Part shown: in pieces, positions 20,905 to 29,717 of the stretch
Layout: the number at the start of each line of letters is the position of its first letter
Position numbering within the stretch: the stretch's first letter is position 1
Assembly (NCBI GenBank): GCA_900548255.1
Contig: URKH01000001.1
Location: 1,332 to 65,331, forward strand
Direction of reading: 5' to 3'
Length of the DNA: 64,000 nucleotides
From: an uncultured Collinsella sp.
Lineage (GTDB): Bacteria > Actinomycetota > Coriobacteriia > Coriobacteriales > Coriobacteriaceae
Program-made: the position numbers and the translations under genes
Notes under the pieces: generated by a model
What the model was told of the DNA's origin: nothing
What the model saw: only the letters and a program-made list of their open reading frames with translations
Databases searched by the model: none

Positions 20905-21396
20905 GTGATGATCAGAAAAACCCTCGATACCGACATTCCCGTCGTCATGGCTATCTATGACGCGGCCCGCGCCTTTATGCGCGCACATGGCAACGCCACG
21001 CAGTGGCCCGAGGGCACGCCTTCGGCCGAGCAGCTGGCTGCCGATATTGCCGCTGATGGCAGTTACGTGTGCGAAGTCGACGGTCGCGTGGTGGCGACGT
21101 TTGCCCTTTTGCCGGGGCCGGACGAGTGCTATGACGTCATTGAGGACGGGCAATGGCGTAGCGACACTCCGTATGCCGTACTGCACCGAGTGGCGTCCGA
21201 CGGCACCGTGCACGGTATCGCGGCTGCGATGTTTGCCTTTGCCAAGGAACGCGCCGACCATCTGCGTATCGACACGCACGAGGACAACTTGCCCATGCAG
21301 GGCGCCATCGCCAAGGCCGGGTTTAAGCGCGCCGGTATCGTATATGTGTCGGACGGTACGCCGCGCGTCGCGTTTGATTGGCTGCGCGAGGCGTAG
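20905..21396 (+). CDS. GNAT family N-acetyltransferase
   Basis: QW..G.P, LHRVAS, RIDTHEDNLPMQ...KAGF motifs. Confidence 0.88.
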   Translation: MMIRKTLDTDIPVVMAIYDAARAFMRAHGNATQWPEGTPSAEQLAADIAADGSYVCEVDGRVVATFALLPGPDECYDVIEDGQWRSDTPYAVLHRVASDGTVHGIAAAMFAFAKERADHLRIDTHEDNLPMQGAIAKAGFKRAGIVYVSDGTPRVAFDWLREA

Positions 21397-21429
21397 GAGC
21401 CAAGGCACGTATCATCACCCAGCTCAAAT

Positions 21430-21458
21430 AAAAAATGGCCTCGAGTGGGGCCATTTTT
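21430..21458. terminator. Bidirectional intrinsic terminator
   Basis: aaaaaatggcc-tcgagtgg-ggccattttt, with A and T tracts on both sides. Confidence 0.8.
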
Positions 21459-21627
21459 GTTAAAACGCGTCGTTGTGGGGCTCGCGTTGTTACCGCCCAG
21501 ATGAGTCCGGGCGGACAAAAAGGGGAGGTGCCGGCTTTCGCAAGGCGCGAACCTACGAAAATCGCCGCGCGGCAACGCAGGGCGATGAGCTCGGTCGGGG
21601 GATAGGGCCCGCTTCGCCCGCCGGCCC
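21430..21627 (-). ncRNA. Candidate ~200-nt structured sRNA
   Basis: Extended -10 (TGATACAAT, 21632-21640 on minus), several hairpins and a terminator at the 3' end; no credible ORF. Confidence 0.45.
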
Positions 21628-21701
21628 GTAAATTGTATCATCCAGTGTGGAACGAGGATGCCCGTTGCCGCGTGCGATGGGCTTGTAATAAGAGGAGAGC
21701 C

Positions 21702-23705
21702 ATGTCGAAGCAAGCGGTCGTTGGAATCTTGGCACATGTCGATGCCGGCAAGACCACGCTGGCCGAGGCTATGCTGTTCAACGCGGGCCGCATTCGCAAA
21801 CGCGGCCGTGTGGACGATGGCGATTCGCACCTGGACACGAACGCGATCGAGCGCGAGCGCGGCATTACGATCTTCTCGTCGCAGGCCGTGCTCGACCACG
21901 GCGATGCCCACGTCATGCTCGTGGATGCACCCGGCCACGTCGATTATTCGGCTGAGGCGGAGCGCACGCTGCGCGCGCTCGACTATGCGATTTTGGTTGT
22001 GGGTGCCAACGATGGCGTGCAGGGGCACACCGAAACCCTGTGGCGCCTGCTTGCACGCTATGACATCCCGACGTTCATCTTTATCAACAAAATCGATTTG
22101 GAGAATCCCGGTCGCGATGTTTTGCTGGCACAGCTGGGGCAGCGTCTTTCCGAGGGCTGCCTGGATGTCAACGAACTGCTGGCGGGCGGCGCCGTTCAGG
22201 AGGACGCTGCTGCGTTGGACGAAGCGGCGCTCGAGGAGTTTCTTGAAGCGGGTGAGCTTTCTGTCGCAACGCTGTCGCGCATGGTTGCCGAGCGCAAGCT
22301 CTTTCCCTGCTTTGCCGGCTCGGCGCTCAAGGACCAAGGCGTTGACGAGCTGCTGGATGGTATATGCGCGCTGATTCGTGAGCAGGCGTGGCTCCCGGAG
22401 TTTGCCGCGCGCGTCTATCGTGTCAGCCGCGGGGATCGTGGCGAGCGCTTGGCTTGGGTTAAAGTGACCGGCGGCACGCTGCGCGCAAAACAGATGATCA
22501 GCGGGCATTCCAGTGCCGAGGCGTGGGAACAGAAGGTCGATCAGGTACGCATCTATAACGGCGAGAAGTATGAGCTTGCCCAAGAAGTTGCTGCTGGCGG
22601 TATTTGCGCCGTGACGGGTCTTGCGCACGTTCGCCCAGGGGACGCCCTGGGCACGGAGCCCGCGGGCGATGCGCCCGTCATCGCTCCGGTCCTCACCTAT
22701 ACGGTGCTGCCGGGCGAACACGACGTTCATGCGGTGTTTAAAGCGCTGAGTGAGTTGGCGGACGAAGATCCCATGCTCGGCGTAAGCTGGAATACGCATC
22801 TTGAGCAGATCCATTTGCAGTTGATGGGCGCCGTGCAACTCGAGGTCGTGCAGCGCGTGCTGGCCGATCGTTTTGGCCTTTCGGTCGAGTTTGAGTCTGG
22901 CGGCATTCTCTATAAGGAGACGATCTCGCAGCCGGTCGAGGGCGTGGGCCACTTTGAGCCGCTGCGCCACTATGCCGAGGTGCATCTGCGCCTGGAGCCG
23001 TTGCCAGCAGGTTCGGGCGTGCAGTTTGGCACCGTGACCTCGACCGACGAGCTCGATCTTAACTGGCAGCGTCTGGCACTCACCAACGCCATGGAGCGCG
23101 ACCACCTGGGCGTGCTGACCGGCTCGCCCATCACCGATGTGCGCATTACGCTCACGGGCGGCCGCGCGCATGCCAAACACACCGAGGGCGGCGATTTTCG
23201 CCAGGCCACGTATCGCGCGATTCGCCAGGGTTTGATGCGGGCGCGTGAGGCGGGCGCGGTGGTGCTGCTGGAGCCGTGGTACCACTTTGAGCTCGAGGTG
23301 CCGGGGGAGTGCGTGGGCCGGGCGCTCTCAGACGCCACGCGCATGAGTGCCGAGTACGAGCCGCCGACGATGGCGGGCGACCGGGCGAATCTTGTGGGTC
23401 GCGTGCCGGCATCCGAGGTGCAGGATTATGCGCTGGAGGTGGCTGCCTACACGAGCGGTCGCGGGCATCTGTACCTGGAGTTCGCCGGTTATGCGGCCTG
23501 TCATGATGCCGAGCGCGTCATCGAGGCGGCCGCCTATGAGCCCGAGGCCGATCTGCCCAACACACCCGACTCGGTCTTTTGCTCTCACGGCGCCGGCTAC
23601 ACGGTCAAATGGTACGACGTGCCCGCCGCGGCGCACGTAAAGATCGATCCCGCCACCTTCCGCCCCTGGCGAGCAGCAGACGCCGAGTTTTTCGGCCACA
23701 TGTGA
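21702..23705 (+). CDS. EF-G/TetM-like translational GTPase (ribosomal protection protein homologue)
   Basis: GILAHVDAGKTTL, ERERGITI, DAPGH, NKID and LLEPWY.F motifs; SD GAGGAG. Confidence 0.88.
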   Translation: MSKQAVVGILAHVDAGKTTLAEAMLFNAGRIRKRGRVDDGDSHLDTNAIERERGITIFSSQAVLDHGDAHVMLVDAPGHVDYSAEAERTLRALDYAILVVGANDGVQGHTETLWRLLARYDIPTFIFINKIDLENPGRDVLLAQLGQRLSEGCLDVNELLAGGAVQEDAAALDEAALEEFLEAGELSVATLSRMVAERKLFPCFAGSALKDQGVDELLDGICALIREQAWLPEFAARVYRVSRGDRGERLAWVKVTGGTLRAKQMISGHSSAEAWEQKVDQVRIYNGEKYELAQEVAAGGICAVTGLAHVRPGDALGTEPAGDAPVIAPVLTYTVLPGEHDVHAVFKALSELADEDPMLGVSWNTHLEQIHLQLMGAVQLEVVQRVLADRFGLSVEFESGGILYKETISQPVEGVGHFEPLRHYAEVHLRLEPLPAGSGVQFGTVTSTDELDLNWQRLALTNAMERDHLGVLTGSPITDVRITLTGGRAHAKHTEGGDFRQATYRAIRQGLMRAREAGAVVLLEPWYHFELEVPGECVGRALSDATRMSAEYEPPTMAGDRANLVGRVPASEVQDYALEVAAYTSGRGHLYLEFAGYAACHDAERVIEAAAYEPEADLPNTPDSVFCSHGAGYTVKWYDVPAAAHVKIDPATFRPWRAADAEFFGHM

Positions 23706-23730
23706 CAAAGGGACAGTTCTTTTGTCACAT
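23700..23730 (+). repeat. GGGAC-core hairpin element overlapping the GTPase stop codon
   Basis: atgtgacaaa-gggacagttct-tttgtcacat; near-identical to 27428-27458. Confidence 0.85.
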
Positions 23731-23734
23731 GCTA

Positions 23735-23765
23735 TTGGTATAACTCGGTACAAGTTGGTATAACT
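23735..23765 (+). promoter_or_regulatory. Three tandem 10-bp direct repeats upstream of the AAA ATPase
   Basis: ttggtataac / tcggtacaag / ttggtataac. Confidence 0.55.
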
Positions 23766-23798
23766 ATTACCAGGGTTTGCCAATCCGAGGAGGCCGAC

Positions 23799-24917
23799 AT
23801 GAATCCAAATCCCTTTAAGCCAACGGCAGGCAAGCGGCCTCCGATGCTCATCGGTCGCGAGTCGGTCGTCGAAGATTTCGAGGAAGGGCTCGATAACGGC
23901 GCCGGAGCGCCGGGCAGGCTCATGCTCATTACGGGAAACCGCGGCTGCGGCAAGACGGTTCTCCTGCGGGAGCTGCAACGTCTAGCCAATGAGCGCGGAT
24001 GGGCGGTTGTCTCCGATTCTGCTTCGCTTGGCTTGTGCGATCGCCTGGCCGACGCGCTTCGCTCGAATAAACCCGTTGTGACGTCAATGGAGTTTGGGCT
24101 GTCGTTTGGTCGGATGTCGGTCGAGGCGGCTCGGGCAAAGGGCGAGACGCTACGGGGGCTGGTCAACGAGCGCCTCAAGAAGCTCGGTCCAGGCAAGGGC
24201 ATCCTGTTTGCGATTGACGAGGCGCAATCTGCGTCAATCGAGGAACTGGCGGCTCTTGCCGTTCTCTATCAGCAGGTGCTCGGAGATCAGGATGCTACGG
24301 GCCTGTCCGATAGCGACCAGCGCGGTCTTGCGCTGGTATTTGCCGGCTTGCCCAGTATGGTTGACGACCTGCTCGAAGAGCCGAGCGTGACGTTTTTGCG
24401 CCGTGCGCAGCAGCGTGCGCTGGGGGCGATTTCTTTGCCCAAGGTGCGCGATTCATATGTCCAGACGGTCAAGGACGCCGGTCTTTACGTTGATGCGGAG
24501 ACGGCGGACCTTGCGGCGCGCAAGAGTATGGGGTATCCCTACATGGTCCAGCTGGTGGGATATTACATGTGGCGCTCTGCTGTCCGGCGTGGCTCGCAGG
24601 TCATCGAAAGGCGCGATGTCGAGAATGGCCATGCGGATGCCGTCTCCGAGTTCTACGAAGCGGTTGACGCACCTCTGTATTACGGTCTGCGCAGCCCTCA
24701 GCGCCTCTTTATCGAGGCTATGGCGGTTGACGAGGACAAGCCGACGCGCACGGCGGATATCATTGAACGCTGTGACCGTACCCAGAGCTGGGCGAGTAAA
24801 TATCGTGCAAGTCTGATTCGCGAGCGCGTCGTCGAGGCTGCCGGATACGGCCTTGTCCGGTTTACCGTGCCCATGCTGGGCGAGTACATTCGCGATCGCA
24901 TTTTATGGCATGAGTAG
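23799..24917 (+). CDS. AAA+/P-loop ATPase with probable C-terminal winged helix
   Basis: NPF.P...P..L.GRE, GNRGCGKT, IDEAQ, GYPYMVQL and YRASLI...V...GYG.V.F. Confidence 0.85.
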   Translation: MNPNPFKPTAGKRPPMLIGRESVVEDFEEGLDNGAGAPGRLMLITGNRGCGKTVLLRELQRLANERGWAVVSDSASLGLCDRLADALRSNKPVVTSMEFGLSFGRMSVEAARAKGETLRGLVNERLKKLGPGKGILFAIDEAQSASIEELAALAVLYQQVLGDQDATGLSDSDQRGLALVFAGLPSMVDDLLEEPSVTFLRRAQQRALGAISLPKVRDSYVQTVKDAGLYVDAETADLAARKSMGYPYMVQLVGYYMWRSAVRRGSQVIERRDVENGHADAVSEFYEAVDAPLYYGLRSPQRLFIEAMAVDEDKPTRTADIIERCDRTQSWASKYRASLIRERVVEAAGYGLVRFTVPMLGEYIRDRILWHE

Positions 24918-24942
24918 GGTGATAAAGGTGACGGAACAGAAG

Positions 24943-27423
24943 ATGAGCCCGCAGGCTATCGAGGTGCGTGGTGCGCGCGTCCATAACCTTAAGGACATCG
25001 ATATCGATATTCCGCTGGGAAAGCTCGTGGGTATTGCCGGCGTGTCGGGCTCGGGCAAGAGCTCGCTGGCGCTGGGGGTTCTTTATGCCGAGGGCTCGCG
25101 TCGCTACTTGGAAGCACTCAGCACCTATACTCGACGTCGTCTGACACAGGCCGAGCACGCCCAGGTGGATGAGGTATTGCACGTGCCGGCGGCGCTCGCG
25201 CTGCACCAGCGTCCGAGCGTGCCGGGCGTGCGCTCGACCTTTGGTACCATGACCGAGCTCAACAATAGTCTGCGTCTGCTCTTTAGCCGTTGCGCCCATC
25301 ACGTGTGCCCACATTGCGGGGCGCGCGTGGAGCCGAGCCTTAACGTGGCTGCAGGCCTGTCGCTCACGTGTCCGACATGTGGCCGCGAGTTCTACGCGCC
25401 GAGTGCCGAGGATTTGGCTTTCAATAGCGGCGGTGCATGTCCCACCTGTGGCGGTACCGGCGTCATGCGCGAGGTGGACGAGGCGAGCCTGGTGCCCGAC
25501 GAGTCCAAGACTATCAACGAGGGCGCGGTGCTTCCTTGGGGCACACTCATGTGGGATCTGATGAAGCAGGTGGCTGGCGAGATGGGCGTGCGCACCGACG
25601 TGCCGTTTAACCAGCTCACGCCTCAAGAGCGCGACATCGTGTTCCACGGTCCGGCGGTTAAAAAGCACATTCTCTACGTTCCCAAAAACGGCGAGGGCGC
25701 CACGCCGCTCGATTTTACCTATTACAACGCTGTCTATACCGTCGAGAATGCGCTCGCCAAGGTTAAGGACGACAAGGGCCTCAAGCGCGTGGCGCGCTTT
25801 TTGCGCGAGGGGCCATGCCGTGACTGTGGCGGCACGCGTCTCTCCGAGGCCGCACGCCATCCCCAGGTGCGCGGTATCAATCTGGCGCAGGCCGCGGCTA
25901 TGACGCTGGGTGAGGCGATTGAGTGGGTGCGCGGGGTGCCCGCATCCTTGCCGGCCGAGATGCAGCCCATGGCGACGGATATCTGCGATTCGTTTTTGAG
26001 CACGGCCCGTCGACTGGTCGATCTGGGCCTCGATTACCTTTCGCTCGACCGCGCCGGTGCCACGCTCTCCACGGGCGAGCGTCAGCGCGTGCAGCTCGCC
26101 CGCGTGGTGCGTAACCGATCGACGGGCGTGCTCTATGTGCTGGACGAGCCCTCGATTGGCTTGCATCCTGCCAATGTCGACGGCCTGGTAGGCGTGATGC
26201 GCGATTTGGTGGATGACGGCAACACCGTGGTCGTTGTCGACCACGACACGCGCGTACTGGCGGAAGCCGACTATCTGGTCGAGATGGGCCCCGTTGCCGG
26301 AGCAGGCGGCGGCAATGTGATCGCCGCGGGCGCGGTAGGCGAGGTCGAAGAATCGCAGGGCAGCCGCATCGCCCCATTTTTGCGCTCGGAGCCTGAGCGC
26401 TTGCGTCCGCAGGTGCCTGACGACGAAATGTTTGACCGGGGCCATATCCGCATGGCGACCGATGCCATCCATACCGTCAAACCGCTCGAAGTCGATATCC
26501 CGCGCGGTCGCCTTGTCGCGGTGACGGGCGTTTCGGGTTCGGGTAAGACGACGTTGGTGCTCGAGACACTCATCCCGGCACTTAAGGCGCAGGCAGCCGG
26601 CGAGCGCCTGCCAAAACACGTGCGTTGGGTCGATGCCGAGGGCATTGCACGTGCCAACCTGATAGACGCCACGCCCATCGGTGCCAACGTGCGTTCGACG
26701 GTAGCGACTTATGCCGACATCCATGATGAACTGCGTCGCGCCTTCGCCCGCACGCCCGAGGCCAAGGCAGCCGGCTACAAGGCAGGCGCATTTAGCTACA
26801 ACACTGGCGCTTTGCGCTGCCCTACGTGCGATGGCACGGGTTCGGTATCGCTCGACGTGCAGTTTTTGCCCGACGTCGAGATCGTCTGCCCGGCATGTCG
26901 CGGCTCACGTTATGCAGATGCGGCTTCGCATATCCATCGCGAGGGCAAGGACGGGAGCTTGCTGACGTTGCCGCAGCTTATGGACATGAGTGTGGACGAG
27001 GCCCTCGACGCCACGGTGGGACTCAAGAAGGTTCAGGCGCGCTTGCAGACCTTGCACGACCTGGGCTTGGGTTATCTCACACTTGGCGAGCCCACACCGG
27101 CGCTTTCGGGCGGCGAGGCGCAGCGTCTTAAGCTCGCGAGCGAGATGGGCCGCGTGCAGGATGATGCCGTATTCGTATTTGACGAGCCCACAATCGGACT
27201 ACATCCGCTCGATGTTCAGGTGTTGCTGAGTGTGTTTGACGGCCTTGTTGCCAAGGGCGCCACGGTTGTCGTGATCGAACACGACCTCGACCTTATCCGT
27301 AACGCCGATTATGTGATCGACATGGGCCCGGGCGGTGGCGATGCCGGCGGGCAAATCGTCTGCGTCGGCACACCGGGCGACATCGTGGCCTGCCCCGCAA
27401 GCATCACCGGCCGCTACCTATAA
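24943..27423 (+). CDS. UvrA-like ABC ATPase (short UvrA2/DrrC type)
   Basis: GARVHNLK, two GVSGSGKS/T Walker A motifs, Zn fingers, LSTGE/LSGGEAQRLKLA, DEP.IGLHP. Start may be 24910. Confidence 0.9.
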   Translation: MSPQAIEVRGARVHNLKDIDIDIPLGKLVGIAGVSGSGKSSLALGVLYAEGSRRYLEALSTYTRRRLTQAEHAQVDEVLHVPAALALHQRPSVPGVRSTFGTMTELNNSLRLLFSRCAHHVCPHCGARVEPSLNVAAGLSLTCPTCGREFYAPSAEDLAFNSGGACPTCGGTGVMREVDEASLVPDESKTINEGAVLPWGTLMWDLMKQVAGEMGVRTDVPFNQLTPQERDIVFHGPAVKKHILYVPKNGEGATPLDFTYYNAVYTVENALAKVKDDKGLKRVARFLREGPCRDCGGTRLSEAARHPQVRGINLAQAAAMTLGEAIEWVRGVPASLPAEMQPMATDICDSFLSTARRLVDLGLDYLSLDRAGATLSTGERQRVQLARVVRNRSTGVLYVLDEPSIGLHPANVDGLVGVMRDLVDDGNTVVVVDHDTRVLAEADYLVEMGPVAGAGGGNVIAAGAVGEVEESQGSRIAPFLRSEPERLRPQVPDDEMFDRGHIRMATDAIHTVKPLEVDIPRGRLVAVTGVSGSGKTTLVLETLIPALKAQAAGERLPKHVRWVDAEGIARANLIDATPIGANVRSTVATYADIHDELRRAFARTPEAKAAGYKAGAFSYNTGALRCPTCDGTGSVSLDVQFLPDVEIVCPACRGSRYADAASHIHREGKDGSLLTLPQLMDMSVDEALDATVGLKKVQARLQTLHDLGLGYLTLGEPTPALSGGEAQRLKLASEMGRVQDDAVFVFDEPTIGLHPLDVQVLLSVFDGLVAKGATVVVIEHDLDLIRNADYVIDMGPGGGDAGGQIVCVGTPGDIVACPASITGRYL

Positions 27424-27425
27424 CC

Positions 27426-27460
27426 GAATGTGACAAAGGGACAGTTCCTTTGTCACATTC
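27426..27460 (+). repeat. GGGAC-core hairpin element between convergent stop codons
   Basis: gaatgtgacaaag-ggacagttc-ctttgtcacattc. Confidence 0.85.
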
Positions 27461-28052
27461 CCGAAAAGCCTGTTTGGCGCAGGGCCTCGTAGAGGACGAT
27501 GGCGGCGCTGTTGGAGAGGTTGAGAGCACTGATGCGGTAGTCGTCCGGGTCGACGAAGTTGCCGCAGATATCCTGTCGAAGGATGGCTTCGTGGCTGTCC
27601 TCGGTATGCCCGAGCGACTCCTCGTGGGCCTCCCAGGCGTCGGCGTTTTCGAGCGAGTCGCAATCGCGCAACATGGGGATGCGCTCGCAGCGCTCGGGCG
27701 CCGCGGCAAGCAGTGGCTCGGGAATCCCCGAACTCTCGCTGCCAAAGACCAAAAAGTCACCGTCGCGGTAGGTACTTTGCGCATAGGTGCGGCGCGCCTT
27801 TTTGGTCAGCAGATGCAGGCGTTCGTCGGCGGGGGAGAGGCCGTTGCGCGCAAGGAAATCCTCCCAGCCGGCATAGGTCGTCACGTCCAAATTTTGCCAG
27901 TAGCCCAGGCCGGCGCGACGCACCGTCTTGTCGTCGAGCGAAAACCCCAGCGGCTCCACCAGATGCAGGCGGGCGCCGGTAACCACGCAGGTGCGGCCGA
28001 TATTGCCCGTATTGGCCGGAATCTCGGGCGCATACAGCACAATGTTGAACAT
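27453..28052 (-). CDS. trmL: tRNA (cytidine/uridine34-2'-O)-methyltransferase
   Basis: PEIPANTGNIGRTC, RRAGL.YW, FGSESSGIP, IPM...LNLSNS...LYEALRQ. Confidence 0.9.
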   Translation of the reverse strand: MFNIVLYAPEIPANTGNIGRTCVVTGARLHLVEPLGFSLDDKTVRRAGLGYWQNLDVTTYAGWEDFLARNGLSPADERLHLLTKKARRTYAQSTYRDGDFLVFGSESSGIPEPLLAAAPERCERIPMLRDCDSLENADAWEAHEESLGHTEDSHEAILRQDICGNFVDPDDYRISALNLSNSAAIVLYEALRQTGFSGM

Positions 28053-28072
28053 GAATCTCCTTGGCTCAGAAC

Positions 28073-28109
28073 GAAAAACCACCACGAAGGGCACCTTCGT
28101 GGTGGTTTG
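28073..28109 (-). terminator. Intrinsic terminator after the CobW-family gene
   Basis: aaaccaccacgaagg-gca-ccttcgtggtggttt, with a T tract on the minus strand. Confidence 0.75.
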
Positions 28110-28147
28110 GCGGTTACGTAGGCGGAAAAATGCCCGCTTGGATAAAT

Positions 28148-29278
28148 CTAGGCGCGGTGCCAGTCGGTCAGGCAGGCATCGAGGGAGGCGATGAGCGCAT
28201 CCTTGTCCATGTGACGGCCGATGATGCACAGGCTCGTCATGCGGTCGCCCGTCTCGTCGTCCCAAATCTGCATGATCTCGGGGTTCTCGTCGATGATCTT
28301 CTGCTTCTCGCCCTCGGGCGCGGAGTCAACGAACAGACCGTTCTCCATCAGGCGCATTTGGTGGCCGGCCTGCTCGAACATGTAGCACATGTCCGGATCG
28401 CCGGTCTGCCACAGCGGACCCTTGACGCGGATGACCTCGTCGGGCCACTCCTGCTCAACAAAATCGGTGAACTTCTGCAGGTCAAACGGCTTGCGGCGCG
28501 AGTACACAAAGGTCTCGATGTCGTACTCGAGCACCTCGGGGTCGTCGTGCTCCTCGGGATGCTCCATGGCCTCGATCCAGGCGGCGGAGTTGTAGGCGCG
28601 CATAAAGTCGAAGCGGTCGGTGTCGAGCAGCTGCTCCATGGGGACCTCGCCGTTTTGGGCCTCGACAATCACGGCGTCCTTCTGCAGGCTGCGCACGATA
28701 GCCTTGAGCTCGGCGATCTGCTCAGGGCTCACGGTATCGGTCTTGTTGAGGATCAGCGTGGAGCAGAACTCGATTTGCTGGATGAGCAGGCTCTCGATGT
28801 CGTCCTCGTCGATATCCTCGGCCAACAGGTCGCGGCCGCCGTTGAACTCGTCGTACATGCGGGCGCAATCGACCACAGCCACGATGTTGTCGAGTGCAAG
28901 CTTGGGCTGGCCGCCCACCTTGGCCTCGTCGCAGAAGCTCGAGATGGTGTAGGCGATGGGGATAGGCTCGCAGATACCCGAGGCCTCGATGATGATGTAG
29001 TCGAACTTGCCCGAATCGGCGATGCCCTGCAGCTGGTTGGCAAGGTCGTCCGAAAGCGTGCAGCAGATGCAGCCGTTGGTGAGCGGGATGAGGTCGTCGG
29101 TCTCGGAAAGGCCGCCGTCGGCGATGAGGCTGGCGTCGACGTTGATCTCGCCGATATCGTTGACGATCACGGCGGCGCGGATGCCGCCGTCGTTAGCGAG
29201 GATGTGGTTGAGCAGTGTGGTCTTGCCGGCACCGAGGTATCCGGTAAGCATGATGATCTTCACGGGTTTGTTGGGCAT
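28148..29278 (-). CDS. CobW/COG0523 family metallochaperone GTPase
   Basis: GYLGAGKTT, VNDIGEINVD, GCICC, EASG and NKTD motifs. Confidence 0.92.
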   Translation of the reverse strand: MPNKPVKIIMLTGYLGAGKTTLLNHILANDGGIRAAVIVNDIGEINVDASLIADGGLSETDDLIPLTNGCICCTLSDDLANQLQGIADSGKFDYIIIEASGICEPIPIAYTISSFCDEAKVGGQPKLALDNIVAVVDCARMYDEFNGGRDLLAEDIDEDDIESLLIQQIEFCSTLILNKTDTVSPEQIAELKAIVRSLQKDAVIVEAQNGEVPMEQLLDTDRFDFMRAYNSAAWIEAMEHPEEHDDPEVLEYDIETFVYSRRKPFDLQKFTDFVEQEWPDEVIRVKGPLWQTGDPDMCYMFEQAGHQMRLMENGLFVDSAPEGEKQKIIDENPEIMQIWDDETGDRMTSLCIIGRHMDKDALIASLDACLTDWHRA

Positions 29279-29364
29279 GTGCCCTCCTTTGTTAGACATG
29301 GCTTACAGTTGAATCTTATGCCAAACGCCTGCTCTTATACCCACGCGCCGGCAAATAACACAGG

Positions 29365-29706
29365 CTACTCCCAGGCTCCCCATACATCGGGGCAATAACC
29401 GACGGTGGCCTTTTTGCCGTTGCGCACGATGGGCTCGGCTAGAACCTGCTGGTTCTCGAGCAACTTGTCGAAGCGCTGGCTAGGGGTGAGGTGCTGGATG
29501 AGCGCGAGCGTCTCCTCGTCCTTGGCCTTGGGGTTGAGCAGCTTGTCGATGCCGCCGACCGCCTGCATCACGCTCGTGAGCTCTCCTTTGCTCATCTCCT
29601 TTTCCTTAAGGTCGATAAACTGCACCTTGATGCGGCGCTCCTTAAAATAGCGCTGGGCCTTCTTGGTATCGAAGGACTTCTTGGTGCCAAAAATCTGGAT
29701 ATTCAT
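29365..29706 (-). CDS. ArsC/Spx-like thioredoxin-fold protein
   Basis: IQIFGTKKSFDTKKA..YFKER...PIVRNGKKATVG. Confidence 0.78.
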   Translation of the reverse strand: MNIQIFGTKKSFDTKKAQRYFKERRIKVQFIDLKEKEMSKGELTSVMQAVGGIDKLLNPKAKDEETLALIQHLTPSQRFDKLLENQQVLAEPIVRNGKKATVGYCPDVWGAWE

Positions 29707-29717
29707 GTTCCGCCGTT

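Noticed and set aside
24943..27423. Calling this gene the canonical uvrA
   Set aside because: It is shorter than typical UvrA and appears to be the UvrA2/DrrC type, so no symbol was assigned.
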